Assembly (NCBI GenBank): GCA_963716255.1
Contig: OY970303.1
Coordinates: forward strand, 3,168,001 to 3,232,000
DNA from: an uncultured Gemmatimonadales bacterium
Lineage (GTDB): Bacteria > Gemmatimonadota > Gemmatimonadetes > Longimicrobiales > Longimicrobiaceae
DNA: 64,000 bases
Reading direction: 5' to 3'
Shown here: one piece after another, positions 20,204 to 30,170 of the stretch
How the letters are laid out: each line of letters opens with the position of its first letter
Position numbering within the stretch: position 1 is the stretch's first letter
Notes under the pieces: model-generated
What the model was told of the DNA's origin: nothing
The model's database searches: none
Seen by the model: only the letters and a program-made list of their open reading frames with translations
Position numbers and translations under genes: made by a program

Positions 20204-20749
20204 CTAGCGGGGGCGATCCTCCATCCTGAACTCCAGCCGGACGGGGCGGGTCCGGCCGCCGGCGGTGACCTGCGTCACCAGCAGCGTGCGCTCGTCCAGC
20301 ACCTGCCCCGCCGCCTCGCCGAATGCCGTGCCCGCTCCCGCGGAGAAACGGATCGCGCCTCCCTCGCGGTCGTAGCGCCCCTCCGCCCGGTGCACCACCG
20401 CGGGACGGGCCGCGCCCCCGCACGTCTCCTGCGTGCTGCCGCTGAAGGTGAAGCCGCCCTCCTGGAGCGCCAGCGTGCCCTGCACCGCCCGCAGCACGCA
20501 GTCGCCGCGGGTGTCCACCGCCGCGGGGAGGACCGAGTCGTTCACCTCCACCAGCCGGTAGACGCCCTGCACGCCCCCCTGGCGGCGCCCCATCCGCAGC
20601 GCCTCGTCCGGGAGCGGGGGCGTGGGGTCGTCCACCGTGGGGACGGTGCTGGGAATGGGCGGCCCGGGCCGGATGCGGACCCCGCCGGAGCACCCGGCGG
20701 CCAGCGCGAGGGCGAGCAGGGCGAGCGGCGCGGAGCGCGGGATGGGCAT
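20204..20749 (-). CDS. Hypothetical lipoprotein
   Basis: Lipobox LAAGC; lipocalin-like G.YRLVEVN start of a beta domain. Confidence 0.6.
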   Translation of the reverse strand: MPIPRSAPLALLALALAAGCSGGVRIRPGPPIPSTVPTVDDPTPPLPDEALRMGRRQGGVQGVYRLVEVNDSVLPAAVDTRGDCVLRAVQGTLALQEGGFTFSGSTQETCGGAARPAVVHRAEGRYDREGGAIRFSAGAGTAFGEAAGQVLDERTLLVTQVTAGGRTRPVRLEFRMEDRPR

Positions 20750-20903
20750 GGCGGTGCGGGGCACGGGTGAGGGCGGCGCGGGCGGGCGCCCGCGCGGACC
20801 CGGCACAGCGGATGCAGCGCCCATGCCGCGGCCCTCCCGCTCCGCGCCCGCCGCGTGTATCTTATGCGTCCGCAACGAGCTGAACCCGCCGCCCCACGCC
20901 GCC

Positions 20904-21929
20904 ATGCTCGGCTTCCGCAAGGTCCGCGTCCCCGCCATCTCCACGGTCACCGCCCCGCCGCCCCCCGCCGCGGCCGCGAGCCCCTGCGCCAACTGCGGCG
21001 ACCCCTCGCCCGGCAGGTTCTGCCCCGCCTGCGGGCAGGAGCGGCGCACCCGGCTGATCTCGCTGCGGGAGATGGCGGTGGACTTCCTGGACGACCAGCT
21101 CGCCCTCAACTCCCGCCTCCCCGCCACGGTGTTCTGCCTGCTGCTGCGCCCGGGGTTCCTGACGGAGGAGTACCTGCGGGGGCGGATCGCGCGCTACATC
21201 CGCCCGCTGCGGCTGTACCTGGCGTCGAGCGTGGTGTTCTTCCTGCTCCTTTCCGTGGACGGGAGCGGGCTGGTGAAGCTGGGGCTGGGGGAGGGGAACG
21301 GGGTCGGCGTGAGCCTGGACGCCGACTCGCTGGGGCTGGTGGAGGCGCTCGCCGCGGAGATGCCCGCGGCGCCGGCCGCCACGTCCGGCACACCGGCCAC
21401 GTCGGCCACGGACGCGCCGGGCGTCCGCATCCCCACGCCGGTGGTGGACGGCTCGTGGGTGGACAGCATCAACGTCCGCTCGGCGAGCCCCACCATCAAC
21501 CGGCTCCTGGAGCAGAAGCGCGCCCACTTCCGCCGCATGACGCCGCAGGAAGCCTTCCGGGAGGTGGTGGCGGAGTTCCGGGAGCACGTCCCCACCATGA
21601 TGTTCTTCCTCCTCCCGGTGTTCGCCTTTCTGCTCAAGCTGCTGTACGCGCGGCGCGGGCGGCTGTACGTGGAGCACTTCGTCTTCGCGCTCCACCTGCA
21701 CGCCTTCGCCTTCGCGGCGTTCACGGTGATGCTGCTGGTCGGCAACCCCGTGGTCTCCAACGTCATGGCGTGCTGGGTGCTTCTCTACACCTTCCTCGCC
21801 ATGCGGCGGGTGTACCGGCAGCCGCTCCTGAGGACCGGCGCGAGGTACCTGGCGCTGGGGCTGGGATACGCCACGGTCCTCGCCTTCGCCCTCACGATCA
21901 CCGCGGTGGTCACGGTTCTGCTGGTCTGA
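20904..21929 (+). CDS. DUF3667 domain membrane protein
   Basis: CANCG...FCPACGQ zinc ribbon, LLLRPGFLTEEYLRGRIARYIRPLRLYL, YVEHFVFALH. Confidence 0.8.
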   Translation: MLGFRKVRVPAISTVTAPPPPAAAASPCANCGDPSPGRFCPACGQERRTRLISLREMAVDFLDDQLALNSRLPATVFCLLLRPGFLTEEYLRGRIARYIRPLRLYLASSVVFFLLLSVDGSGLVKLGLGEGNGVGVSLDADSLGLVEALAAEMPAAPAATSGTPATSATDAPGVRIPTPVVDGSWVDSINVRSASPTINRLLEQKRAHFRRMTPQEAFREVVAEFREHVPTMMFFLLPVFAFLLKLLYARRGRLYVEHFVFALHLHAFAFAAFTVMLLVGNPVVSNVMACWVLLYTFLAMRRVYRQPLLRTGARYLALGLGYATVLAFALTITAVVTVLLV

Positions 21930-21957
21930 GCGGAGCCCGTCACCCGCTCCATCGACG

Positions 21958-23319
21958 ATGCAGAACGCGCCAGACCCGGTCTTCGACGGGCCGCCCAGCC
22001 GCATCCAGCGGATCCTCTCGCCCTTCCAGCGCTTCGCGGCGACGGAGTCCTCGGGAGGAATCGTCCTCATCCTGTGCACCGTGGCGGCGCTGGCGCTGGC
22101 AAACTCCCCCCGGGCCGAGGCGTTCCACCAGCTGTGGACCATGGAGCTGGGCGTGTCGGCGGGCGGCTTCCGCCTGGCGTACTCGCTGCACCACTGGATC
22201 AACGACGGCCTGATGGCCGTGTTCTTTTTCCTGGTGGGGCTGGAGATCAAGCGCGAGTTCATGGTGGGCGAGCTGGCCTCGCCTCGCCGTGCCGCGCTCC
22301 CCATCGCCGCGGCGCTGGGGGGAATGGTGGTCCCCGCGCTGGTCTACACGGCGCTGAACGCGGGCGGGCCCGGGGCGGCGGGGTGGGGAATCCCCATGGC
22401 GACCGACATCGCCTTCGCGCTGGGGGTGCTGGCGCTGCTGGGGCCGCGCGTGCCGCTGGGCCTCAAGGTGTTCCTCGCCGCGCTGGCCATCGTGGACGAC
22501 CTGGGGGCCGTGCTGGTGATCGCGCTCTTCTACACGGCGGGGATCTCGTGGACCGCGCTGGGCGTGGCGGCGCTCTTCCTGGCCGGGATGGCGGCCGCCA
22601 ACCGGCTGGGGGTGCGCCGGCCGGGGGTGTACCTCGTGCTGGGGGTGGGGCTGTGGCTCGCCTTTCTCTTCTCCGGGGTGCACGCCACCGTCGCCGGGGT
22701 GCTCGCGGCGATGACCATCCCGGCGCGCGCCCGCATCGACACCGGCGAGTTCCGGGTCCGCGGGCGCGCCCTGATGGACGAATTCGACCGGGTGGGAACC
22801 GAGGGGGAGGACGTCCTCACCCGCCAGCCGCAGCAGGCCGTGATCCAGGCCATGGAGAGCGTCTGCGATGCCGCGCAGGCGCCGCTGCAGCGCATCGAGC
22901 ACGGCCTGCAGGGGTGGGTCGCCTTCGGGATCGTCCCGCTCTTCGCCCTCGCCAACGCCGGGGTGCACCTGCCGGCTGACTTCGCCGGCGCGCTCGCCCA
23001 CCCGGTGACGCTGGGGGTGATCCTGGGGCTGGTGCTGGGCAAGCCCGTCGGCATCACCCTGTTCGCCTGGCTGGCCGTGCGCGCCGGGGTGGCGTCGCTC
23101 CCGGAGGGGGTGGCCTGGCGCGCGCTGCACGGGGTGAGCTGGCTGGGCGGCATCGGCTTCACCATGTCGCTGTTCATCGCAAACCTGGCGTTTCCCGGAG
23201 GGGCAATGGTGGACGAGGCCAAGGTGGGGATCCTGTCCGCCTCCATCCTCGCCGGCGGGGTCGGGTGGCTGCTTCTCCGCCCCGGCCCGGGGCCCGAGCG
23301 GCGCGCGGGGGCCGCGTGA
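21958..23319 (+). CDS. nhaA: Na+/H+ antiporter NhaA
   Basis: WINDGLMAVFF, GWGIPMATDIAF, LAIVDDLG, GIGFTMSLFI. Confidence 0.96.
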   Translation: MQNAPDPVFDGPPSRIQRILSPFQRFAATESSGGIVLILCTVAALALANSPRAEAFHQLWTMELGVSAGGFRLAYSLHHWINDGLMAVFFFLVGLEIKREFMVGELASPRRAALPIAAALGGMVVPALVYTALNAGGPGAAGWGIPMATDIAFALGVLALLGPRVPLGLKVFLAALAIVDDLGAVLVIALFYTAGISWTALGVAALFLAGMAAANRLGVRRPGVYLVLGVGLWLAFLFSGVHATVAGVLAAMTIPARARIDTGEFRVRGRALMDEFDRVGTEGEDVLTRQPQQAVIQAMESVCDAAQAPLQRIEHGLQGWVAFGIVPLFALANAGVHLPADFAGALAHPVTLGVILGLVLGKPVGITLFAWLAVRAGVASLPEGVAWRALHGVSWLGGIGFTMSLFIANLAFPGGAMVDEAKVGILSASILAGGVGWLLLRPGPGPERRAGAA

Positions 23320-23624
23320 GTGACGACGGGCGCGCGGCGGTGCTGCGCGACTTCCGCCGCATCCCCGGCGTGGGGCGCACCATCGCCGAGGACCTGTGGT
23401 CGCTGGGGCTGCGCTCCGTGGACGACCTGCGCGGCGGCGACCCGCAGGCGCTCTACGAGCGGCTGTGCGAGCTCCAGGGGTGCCACGTAGACCGCTGCAT
23501 GCTGTACGTGCTCCGCTGCGCCGTGTACTTCGCCTCGGGCGATCGGCACGATCCCGAGCTGCTCAAGTGGTGGCACTGGAAGGACGGCGGGCTTGCGTTT
23601 CGGTCTGGAGGCCCCCCGCCGTGA
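23316..23624 (+). CDS. Cdd1-like helix-hairpin-helix protein
   Basis: IPGVGRTIAEDL..LG..., DP..LYERLC...DRCMLYVLRCAVY...KWWHWKD. Confidence 0.75.
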   Translation: MSDDGRAAVLRDFRRIPGVGRTIAEDLWSLGLRSVDDLRGGDPQALYERLCELQGCHVDRCMLYVLRCAVYFASGDRHDPELLKWWHWKDGGLAFRSGGPPP

Positions 23625-24079
23625 CGCGCTTCCGCCTGTCCGCGGCGCTGCTCGCCGTGCTCCTGGCAGGCTGTTCCGTCCCGCGCTGGCCGGTGGACGC
23701 GCCCGTGGTGTCGCGCTTCGGCGCCCGGCGCGAGGAGGGGCTGCTCCCGCGCCTGCACGAGGGGGTGGACCTGGACGTTGCCGCGGGCACCCCGGTGCGC
23801 GCCATGCGCCCGGGGCGTGTCCGGTTCGCCGGGGAGCGCGGAGGGTGGGGGCGGGTCGCCATCGTGGACCACGCGCGCGGCGTCACCACCGTGTACGCCC
23901 ACCTTTCGCGGGTGGACGTGCGCACCGGCGAGCGGGTGAAAGGGCGGCAGGTGGTGGGGCTTTCCGGCTCCAGCGGCAACGCCGAGGGGCCGCACCTGCA
24001 CTTCGAGGTGTGGATCCGTGGCAAGCCCGCCGATCCCGTTCCGCTGCTGGGGGGCGAGCCGCGGCAGGTTCCTTTTTGA
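23621..24079 (+). CDS. M23 family peptidase lipoprotein
   Basis: Lipobox LAGC; HEGVD and GPHLHFEV motifs. Confidence 0.88.
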   Translation: MTRFRLSAALLAVLLAGCSVPRWPVDAPVVSRFGARREEGLLPRLHEGVDLDVAAGTPVRAMRPGRVRFAGERGGWGRVAIVDHARGVTTVYAHLSRVDVRTGERVKGRQVVGLSGSSGNAEGPHLHFEVWIRGKPADPVPLLGGEPRQVPF

Positions 24080-24117
24080 GGCTCGATTCCGTTGGAACGG
24101 CATTGAACGGCGGGTTC

Positions 24118-24246
24118 GGGCGTGCCCCCGGCTGTCGCCGGGGTCGGGCTTCGGCTCCGTAACGCAGCAAACAACGCTGCGTAACGGAGTCGAGCCCCGC
24201 GAAACTGCCCGCGGGTCTCGCCCCTTCGGGCCGAAATCCCTCACGC
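24118..24246 (+). repeat. Structured dispersed element, copy 4
   Basis: Central stem ACGCAGC/GCTGCGT. Confidence 0.95.
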
Positions 24247-24450
24247 GGGGCTCGCGCTGGCGTCCGCTGGGGGCCCCCACCCTGGCGCTGCGCGCCACCC
24301 CTCCCCCGCAAGCGAGGGAGGGGTGAACTGCTTGGGGCCCATGTAGTTGGCCCCCTCTCCCAGGATTGGGAGAGGGTGGCGAGCCTCAAGCGAGCCGGGT
24401 GAGTGCCGCCGCCGTTCTCCCCTCCCCCTTGCGGGGAGGGGCCGGGGGCG
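24247..24450. repeat. Cluster of REP-like palindromes 3' of copy 4
   Basis: GGGGCTCGCGCTGGCGTCCGC tail, CCCTCCCCCGCAAGCGAGGGAGGG, CCCTCTCCCAGGATTGGGAGAGGG, GGGTGGCGAGCCTCAAGCGAGCCGGGTGAG, CCCCTCCCCCTTGCGGGGAGGGG. Confidence 0.7.
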
Positions 24451-24458
24451 GAGGTACG

Positions 24459-24500
24459 TTGACAGCCGAGCCGAATCATTTATCTTACTGACCGGTCAGT
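24459..24500 (+). promoter_or_regulatory. Promoter and TetR operator of the efflux operon
   Basis: TTGACA(24459)-N16-TATCTT(24481), then perfect palindrome ACTGACCGGTCAGT (24487-24500). Confidence 0.8.
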
Positions 24501-24527
24501 TATTTGTTTTCACGCCCCACGCATCGC

Positions 24528-25202
24528 ATGAGCAGACCCACCTCCGCAGAGCCCGCGAAGCGCCGCAGCTGGGAGCGCCGCAGCGAGGCGCGCCCCGCCG
24601 AGATCGTGGACGCGGCGCTCGACGTGTTCGTGGAGCGCGGCTACGCGGCCGCGAAGATGGACGAGATCGCCGAGCGCGCGGGCGTCACCAAGGGCACCGT
24701 CTACCTGTACTTCCAGGGCAAGGAAGACCTCTTCCGCGCCGTGGTGCACCGGACGGTGCTCCCCAACCTGGAAACGGGCGAGCGCCTGGTGGCCGAGTTC
24801 ACCGGGAGCACCCCCGAGCTGTTCCGCACGCTGGTGCGCCGCTGGTGGCAGACCGCCGGCGAGACGCGCCTGGCGTGCCTCCCCAAGCTGATCATCGGCG
24901 AGGCGGCCAACTTCCCCGCGCTCGCCGGCTTCTACGTGGAGGAGGTCATCCAACGCGGACGGCGCATGTTCGCCGCGGTCATCCGGCGCGGTGTGGAGCG
25001 CGGCGAGTTCCGCGAGGTGGACGTGGACACCGCCGTGCGCCTGGCGATGGGCGCCATGACCGGCGCGCTGGCCTACCGCCGCTCCCTGCTCGCGTACGAC
25101 ACCGAGCCCTTCGACTTCGAGGCGTACGTGGAGATGCACATCGACTTCTTCCTCCGCGGCCTCGCGAAGGATCCCACGGACCCGGACGCTTCCCATGCGT
25201 AG
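24528..25202 (+). CDS. TetR/AcrR family regulator
   Basis: IVDAALDVFVERGYAAAKMDEIAERAGVTKGTVYLYF. Confidence 0.93.
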   Translation: MSRPTSAEPAKRRSWERRSEARPAEIVDAALDVFVERGYAAAKMDEIAERAGVTKGTVYLYFQGKEDLFRAVVHRTVLPNLETGERLVAEFTGSTPELFRTLVRRWWQTAGETRLACLPKLIIGEAANFPALAGFYVEEVIQRGRRMFAAVIRRGVERGEFREVDVDTAVRLAMGAMTGALAYRRSLLAYDTEPFDFEAYVEMHIDFFLRGLAKDPTDPDASHA

Positions 25203-26544
25203 ACAGATCGTCCTTCTCCTGGGGGCCGCGCTCGGCGCCGCCCCCGCCGCCCTCCGCGCCCAGGCGCCGGAGGGCGCGCCGGTTCCCCTGTCGCTGGCGC
25301 AGGCCGTCGCCGTCGCGCGCGACACCACCCCCGGCGTGCGGCTGGCCGCGCTGCGGGTGGAGGCCAGCGAGGCCCGCGCCCGGCAGGCGCGCGGCGCCCT
25401 GCTCCCCACGGTCGGCGCCACCGTGGGCAACCTGGACCGCACCTTCAACCGCGCCTCCATGGGGATCGAGTTCCCGGCCATCCCCGGCCAGGCGCCCATC
25501 CCCGACCTGATCGGCCCGTTCGACAACTTCGACGCGCGCCTCAAGCTGACGCAGACGCTCTTCGACCCCGCCGGCTTCGTCCGCACCCGCGCCGCCCGCG
25601 AGGCGGTGGCCGGGAGCACCGCCGAGCGCGACGTGGCCGCCGAAGCCGCCGCGCAGCGCGCCGCCGCCACCTACCTGCGCGCCGCCCGCGCCGGGGCGGT
25701 GGTCGCCGCCCGCCGCGAGGACGTGCGCCTGGCCGAGGAGCTGGTGGCGCTGGCCAGGGAGCAGCTGGCGGCCGGGGTGAGCACCGCCATCGACGTGACC
25801 CGCGCCGAAAGCCAGCGCGTGGCCGCCGTGGGAATGCTGCGCGTGGCCGCGAACGGCGCCGCGCAGGCGCAGATCGAGCTGGCGCGCGCCCTGGGCGTGG
25901 ACCCCGGCACCCGCTTCGCCCTGTCCGACACGCTGCCGGCGGGGACGGACCCCGGCGCCGCCGCCGCGGCCGACGCCGGGGAGGCCACGCGCCGGGCGCT
26001 GGCCGCGCGGCCGGACCTGCGCTCCGCCGCCGCCCTGGAGACCGTGGCGAAGACCCAGCGCCGCTCCATCCGCGCCGAGAGGCTGCCGCGCCTGGACCTG
26101 GTGGCCGACTGGGGGGTGAACGGCCCCTCCGTGGAGGACGCCATCTCCACCCGGCAGGTGGGAGTGCAGGTGTCGCTGCCGCTGGTGGACGGGCTGCGGC
26201 GCGAGTCGCGCCTGGCCGAGCAGGACGCCGTCGTCCGCGAAGCGCAGCTCCGCCACGTCGACCTTCGCCGGCAGATCGAGGCCGAGGTGCGGTCCGCCCT
26301 GCTGGACGCCGAGTCCGGCCGCGAGCAGCAGGAAGTGGCCGCGGAGCGCCTGCGCCTGGCCGAGGAGGAGCTCGGCCAGGCCCGCGAGCGCTTCGCCAAC
26401 GGCGTGGCCGGCAACATCGAGCTGATCAGCGCGCAGTCCAGCCTGGTGCGGGCCCGCGACGCGGTGATCGACGCGCGCTACGCCACGGCGCAGGCGCGCG
26501 TGAGCCTGGCGCGTGCCGTGGGCGCCGCCGGCGCGCTCCGCTAG
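25195..26544 (+). CDS. TolC family outer membrane efflux protein
   Basis: Signal peptide, LSLAQAV, LPRLDL, ERFANG...IEL..AQ. Confidence 0.85.
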   Translation: MRRQIVLLLGAALGAAPAALRAQAPEGAPVPLSLAQAVAVARDTTPGVRLAALRVEASEARARQARGALLPTVGATVGNLDRTFNRASMGIEFPAIPGQAPIPDLIGPFDNFDARLKLTQTLFDPAGFVRTRAAREAVAGSTAERDVAAEAAAQRAAATYLRAARAGAVVAARREDVRLAEELVALAREQLAAGVSTAIDVTRAESQRVAAVGMLRVAANGAAQAQIELARALGVDPGTRFALSDTLPAGTDPGAAAAADAGEATRRALAARPDLRSAAALETVAKTQRRSIRAERLPRLDLVADWGVNGPSVEDAISTRQVGVQVSLPLVDGLRRESRLAEQDAVVREAQLRHVDLRRQIEAEVRSALLDAESGREQQEVAAERLRLAEEELGQARERFANGVAGNIELISAQSSLVRARDAVIDARYATAQARVSLARAVGAAGALR

Positions 26545-26603
26545 TCCCGACCCGACGCAGCAGCATCCACGCAGACCGAAACACACCGAGAGACCAGACC
26601 GAC

Positions 26604-27719
26604 ATGGCCACCATGCTGGAGACCGAAGAGACCGCGCCCGCCGCCGCCCCCCGCGCCCCCGCCCCTCCGAAGCGGGGCGGCCGCAAGCCCGTGCTGCTGG
26701 GCATCGTGGCGCTGGCCGTGCTCGCCGTGCTGGGGTACGGCACCCGGCAGTACCTGTACGGCCGCGCCCACGTCACCACCGACAACGCGCAGGTGGAGGG
26801 GCACATCACCCCTGTGCTGCCGCGCGTGGGCGGGTACGTGGCGGAGGTGCGCGTGCAGGACAACCAGGCGGTGAAGGGCGGCGACACCCTGGTGGTGCTG
26901 GACGACCGCGACCTGCGCGCCCGGCTGGCGCAGGCGGACGCCGAGCTGGAGGCGCTGCTGGCACAGGTGGGGAGCGCCGGGCGCGCCGGGCAGGCCACCG
27001 CGCAGGTGGATGTGGCCCGCTCCGGCGCCGCCGCCGCCGCCGCCACGGTGGAGCAGGCCCGCGCCAACGCCGGGCGCGCCCGCGCCGACCTGGAGCGCAT
27101 CTCCCGGCTGGCCACGCGCAACATCGTCAGCCAGCAGCAGCTGGACGCCGCCCGCGCCGCCTCGCAGGCCGCCGACGCGGCGCTGCTCGCCGCGCAGGGG
27201 AGCGCCCAGGCCGCCCGCGACCAGATCGTGGGCGCGCAGGCCGGGCTCCACGCCGCGGACGCCCGGGTGGCCGCCGCCCGCGCCGCCCGCGACCAGATCG
27301 CGCTCCAGCTCTCGTACACGCGGCTGCTGGCCCCCGCGGCCGGCGTCGTGGCCAAGCGCAGCGTGGAGCCGGGGCAGCTGGTGCAGCCCGGCCAGCCGCT
27401 GATGACGGTGGTGCCCACCCGCGACGTGTGGGTCACCGCCAACCTCAAGGAAACCGACATCGACCGGGTGGCGGTGGGGCAGACGGTGGAGTTCACGGTG
27501 GACGGCTACCCCGGCCGCTCGTTCCGCGGCCGGGTGGAGAGCCTGAGCCCGGCCACCGGCGCCAGGTTCTCGCTGCTCCCGCCGGACAACGCCACCGGCA
27601 ACTTCACCAAGGTGGTGCAGCGCATCCCGGTGAAGGTGCGCCTGGAAGACGGCGAGGACGCCGCGCACCCGCTGCGCCCGGGGATGAGCGCCGAGGTCGC
27701 GATCGCCACGGGAAGCTGA
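26604..27719 (+). CDS. EmrA/HlyD family membrane fusion protein
   Basis: TTDNAQVEG, FSLLPPDNATGNFTKVVQRIPV. Confidence 0.92.
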   Translation: MATMLETEETAPAAAPRAPAPPKRGGRKPVLLGIVALAVLAVLGYGTRQYLYGRAHVTTDNAQVEGHITPVLPRVGGYVAEVRVQDNQAVKGGDTLVVLDDRDLRARLAQADAELEALLAQVGSAGRAGQATAQVDVARSGAAAAAATVEQARANAGRARADLERISRLATRNIVSQQQLDAARAASQAADAALLAAQGSAQAARDQIVGAQAGLHAADARVAAARAARDQIALQLSYTRLLAPAAGVVAKRSVEPGQLVQPGQPLMTVVPTRDVWVTANLKETDIDRVAVGQTVEFTVDGYPGRSFRGRVESLSPATGARFSLLPPDNATGNFTKVVQRIPVKVRLEDGEDAAHPLRPGMSAEVAIATGS

Positions 27720-27720
27720 C

Positions 27721-29313
27721 ATGTCCACGGCGACCCTGGAGCTCCCCGCGGGGCTGGCCCCCCGCGAGGAGAGCGACACCTATCGCAGGCGCTACGTCAT
27801 CGCCATGACGGTGACGCTGGCCTCCATCCTGGAGCTGCTGGACACCAGCATCGTCAACGTCTCCATCCCGCACATGATGGGGACGCTGGGGGCCACGCTG
27901 GACCAGATCACCTGGGTGTCCATCGGCTACGTGGTGGCCAACGTCATCATCCTCCCCATCACCGGGTGGCTGTCGGCGTTCTTCGGGCGGCGGCGCTACT
28001 TCGCCTTTTCCATCGCCCTGTTCACGGTGGCCTCGTTCTTCTGCGGGCAGGCGAACACGCTGGAGGCGCTGGTCTTCTGGCGCATCGTGCAGGGGGTGGG
28101 CGGCGGCGCGCTGCTCTCCACCTCGCAGGCCATCCTGTACGAGGTGTTCCCCAAGGAGGAGTACGGCACCGCCATGGCCATCTTCGGCATGGGGGTGATG
28201 GTGGGGCCCACGCTGGGCCCCACGCTGGGCGGCTACATCACCGATGCCCTCAACTGGCGCTGGATCTTCTTCATCAACATCCCCTTCGGGATCCTGGCGC
28301 TGCTCCTCACCATGGCGTTCATCCCGGAGTCCAGGTGGGCGCAGAAGGCCGAGAAGGTGGACGCCTTCGGGCTGCTGCTGCTGATCCTGGGGATCGGCTC
28401 GCTGCAGATCATGCTGGAGCGCGGCGAGCGGCTGGAGTGGCTCGCCTCGCGCGAGGTGGTGGCCTACGCCGCCACCAGCGTGGTGTCCTCCGTGCTCTTC
28501 GTGTGGCACGAGCTGCGCACCGCGCACCCCATCGTGGACCTGCGCATCCTCAAGCACCGGCAGTTCACGGCGGGGGTCTCGTTCGGGGCGATGATGGGGA
28601 TGTGCCTGTTCGCGCCCATCTTCATCCTCCCCGTGTACCTGCAGACGCTCCAGGGCTACACCGCGGAGCAGACCGGCTTCGTGATCCTCCCCGGCGCGCT
28701 CGCCAGCGCCTTCACCATGGCCACCATGGCGCGCCTGGGGCGGAAGATGGACGGGCGCATCCTGGTGGTGATCGGGTCCATGGTGTTCGCCTACGCCATG
28801 TGGCTGCACTCGCACTTCACCACGCAGAGCGGCTACGGCGACTTCCTGCTCCCCAGCCTGCTGCGCGGGGTGGGGATGGGCATGCTGTTCGTGCCCCTCT
28901 CCATCCTCGCCATGGCGGACCTGCCGCCCGAGAAGATGGCCAACGGCACCGGGCTCTTCAACCTGACCCGGCAGCTGGGGGGGAGCGTGGGGATCGCGCT
29001 GGCGGCGACGCTGGTGTCGCGCTTCTCGGGGATGCACCGCGCGGAGCTCATCGGCAACGTGACCGTGTTCAGCGAGGCCACGCGCGAGCGCATGGCCATG
29101 CTCACGCAGGGGATGATCGCCCGGGGGATGCCGGCGTCGATCGCCGACTCGCAGGCGCTCCGCATCCTTGACATGACGGTGCGCAGGCAGGCCAGCATGA
29201 TGGCCTTCGAGCAGATCTTCCTGTACTTCGGGTGTGGGCTGGCGCTGGGGCTGCCGCTGCTGTTCTTCATGCGCAAGGGCAGGGTGGAGGGGGCGGTGGA
29301 CGTGGGCCACTGA
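27721..29313 (+). CDS. EmrB/DHA2 family MFS efflux permease
   Basis: LDTSIVNVSIPHM, GPTLGPTLGGYIT..NWRWIFFINIP, about 14 TM segments. Confidence 0.93.
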   Translation: MSTATLELPAGLAPREESDTYRRRYVIAMTVTLASILELLDTSIVNVSIPHMMGTLGATLDQITWVSIGYVVANVIILPITGWLSAFFGRRRYFAFSIALFTVASFFCGQANTLEALVFWRIVQGVGGGALLSTSQAILYEVFPKEEYGTAMAIFGMGVMVGPTLGPTLGGYITDALNWRWIFFINIPFGILALLLTMAFIPESRWAQKAEKVDAFGLLLLILGIGSLQIMLERGERLEWLASREVVAYAATSVVSSVLFVWHELRTAHPIVDLRILKHRQFTAGVSFGAMMGMCLFAPIFILPVYLQTLQGYTAEQTGFVILPGALASAFTMATMARLGRKMDGRILVVIGSMVFAYAMWLHSHFTTQSGYGDFLLPSLLRGVGMGMLFVPLSILAMADLPPEKMANGTGLFNLTRQLGGSVGIALAATLVSRFSGMHRAELIGNVTVFSEATRERMAMLTQGMIARGMPASIADSQALRILDMTVRRQASMMAFEQIFLYFGCGLALGLPLLFFMRKGRVEGAVDVGH

Positions 29314-29342
29314 GTTTTACGACGGCTTTTGACGGCGGGCTT

Positions 29343-29471
29343 GGGCGTGCCCCCGGCTGTCGCCGGGGTCGGGCTTCGGCTCCGTAACGCAGCAAACAAC
29401 GCTGCGTAACGGAGTCGAGCCCCGGCAAACAGCCGCCGGGTCTCGCCCCTTCGGGCCGAAATCCCTCACGC
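29343..29471 (+). repeat. Structured dispersed element, copy 5
   Basis: Central stem ACGCAGC/GCTGCGT; followed by a REP-like hairpin to about 29545. Confidence 0.95.
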
Positions 29472-29903
29472 GGGGGTGGCGCTGGCGTCCGCTGGGGCCC
29501 CCCTCACCCCCCGGCCCCCTCTCCCACGAAGGGAGAGGGGGAGAACGGCGGCCCCGCGGACGGTAGGAGGGTCGCAGGAAGGGTGCGGGGGTGGTCGGAG
29601 GAAAGAGTTGGGGGTGTGGCCGGGTGGGGTGGTATTAACTCTTTCCGGAGAGCAGCCCCGCGCCCGACCCCACGCGCAGAAAACGAGGAACGCTCTCCCA
29701 GACCGTCTGTGAGGGCACTCGGGCTCGAATACACCGGGGTCGGCAGTCCATCCGAGACGGCCGGCCCCGCGCCTTTTCCGGGTGCTTTTTCCGTGGTTCC
29801 GGCGCGGACCGGGATGCTGCGTGGGGTGTAAAACGTTGCAGATGAAACACCTGTCCGCGCAACACGGCCGCGGGGGTTTCCCCGCGGCCCCGAGGGAGCC
29901 ATC

Positions 29904-30107
29904 ATGAGCCTTTCCGCCGCCGACGTCACCCTGATCCGTGCCGCGGCCAGCCTGGCCGAGCACGCCCCCGACAAGATGCGGGCCGCGCACCTGGCCCAGC
30001 GCCTGGAGAGCCTGGCGCTCCGCATCGCCGCGGGGCTCCCCCGTCCCGCGCCGGCCGTGGAGCCGGCGGCCGACCCCGCCGCGCCCGGGCTGCTCCGCGC
30101 GGCCTGA
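29904..30107 (+). CDS. Small hypothetical protein
   Basis: GAGGGAG RBS, GC3-rich codons, 67 aa. Confidence 0.5.
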   Translation: MSLSAADVTLIRAAASLAEHAPDKMRAAHLAQRLESLALRIAAGLPRPAPAVEPAADPAAPGLLRAA

Positions 30108-30170
30108 CGATCCCGGGGGAGACCGTGCGCGGTCTCCCCGCTCCTCCCCTCCGCTCCCCCCAGGCCGCCC

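Noticed and set aside
29600..29646. 10-bp inverted repeat GGAAAGAGTT...AACTCTTTCC around a G-rich spacer
   Set aside because: Single occurrence with no supporting context; cannot be distinguished from chance.
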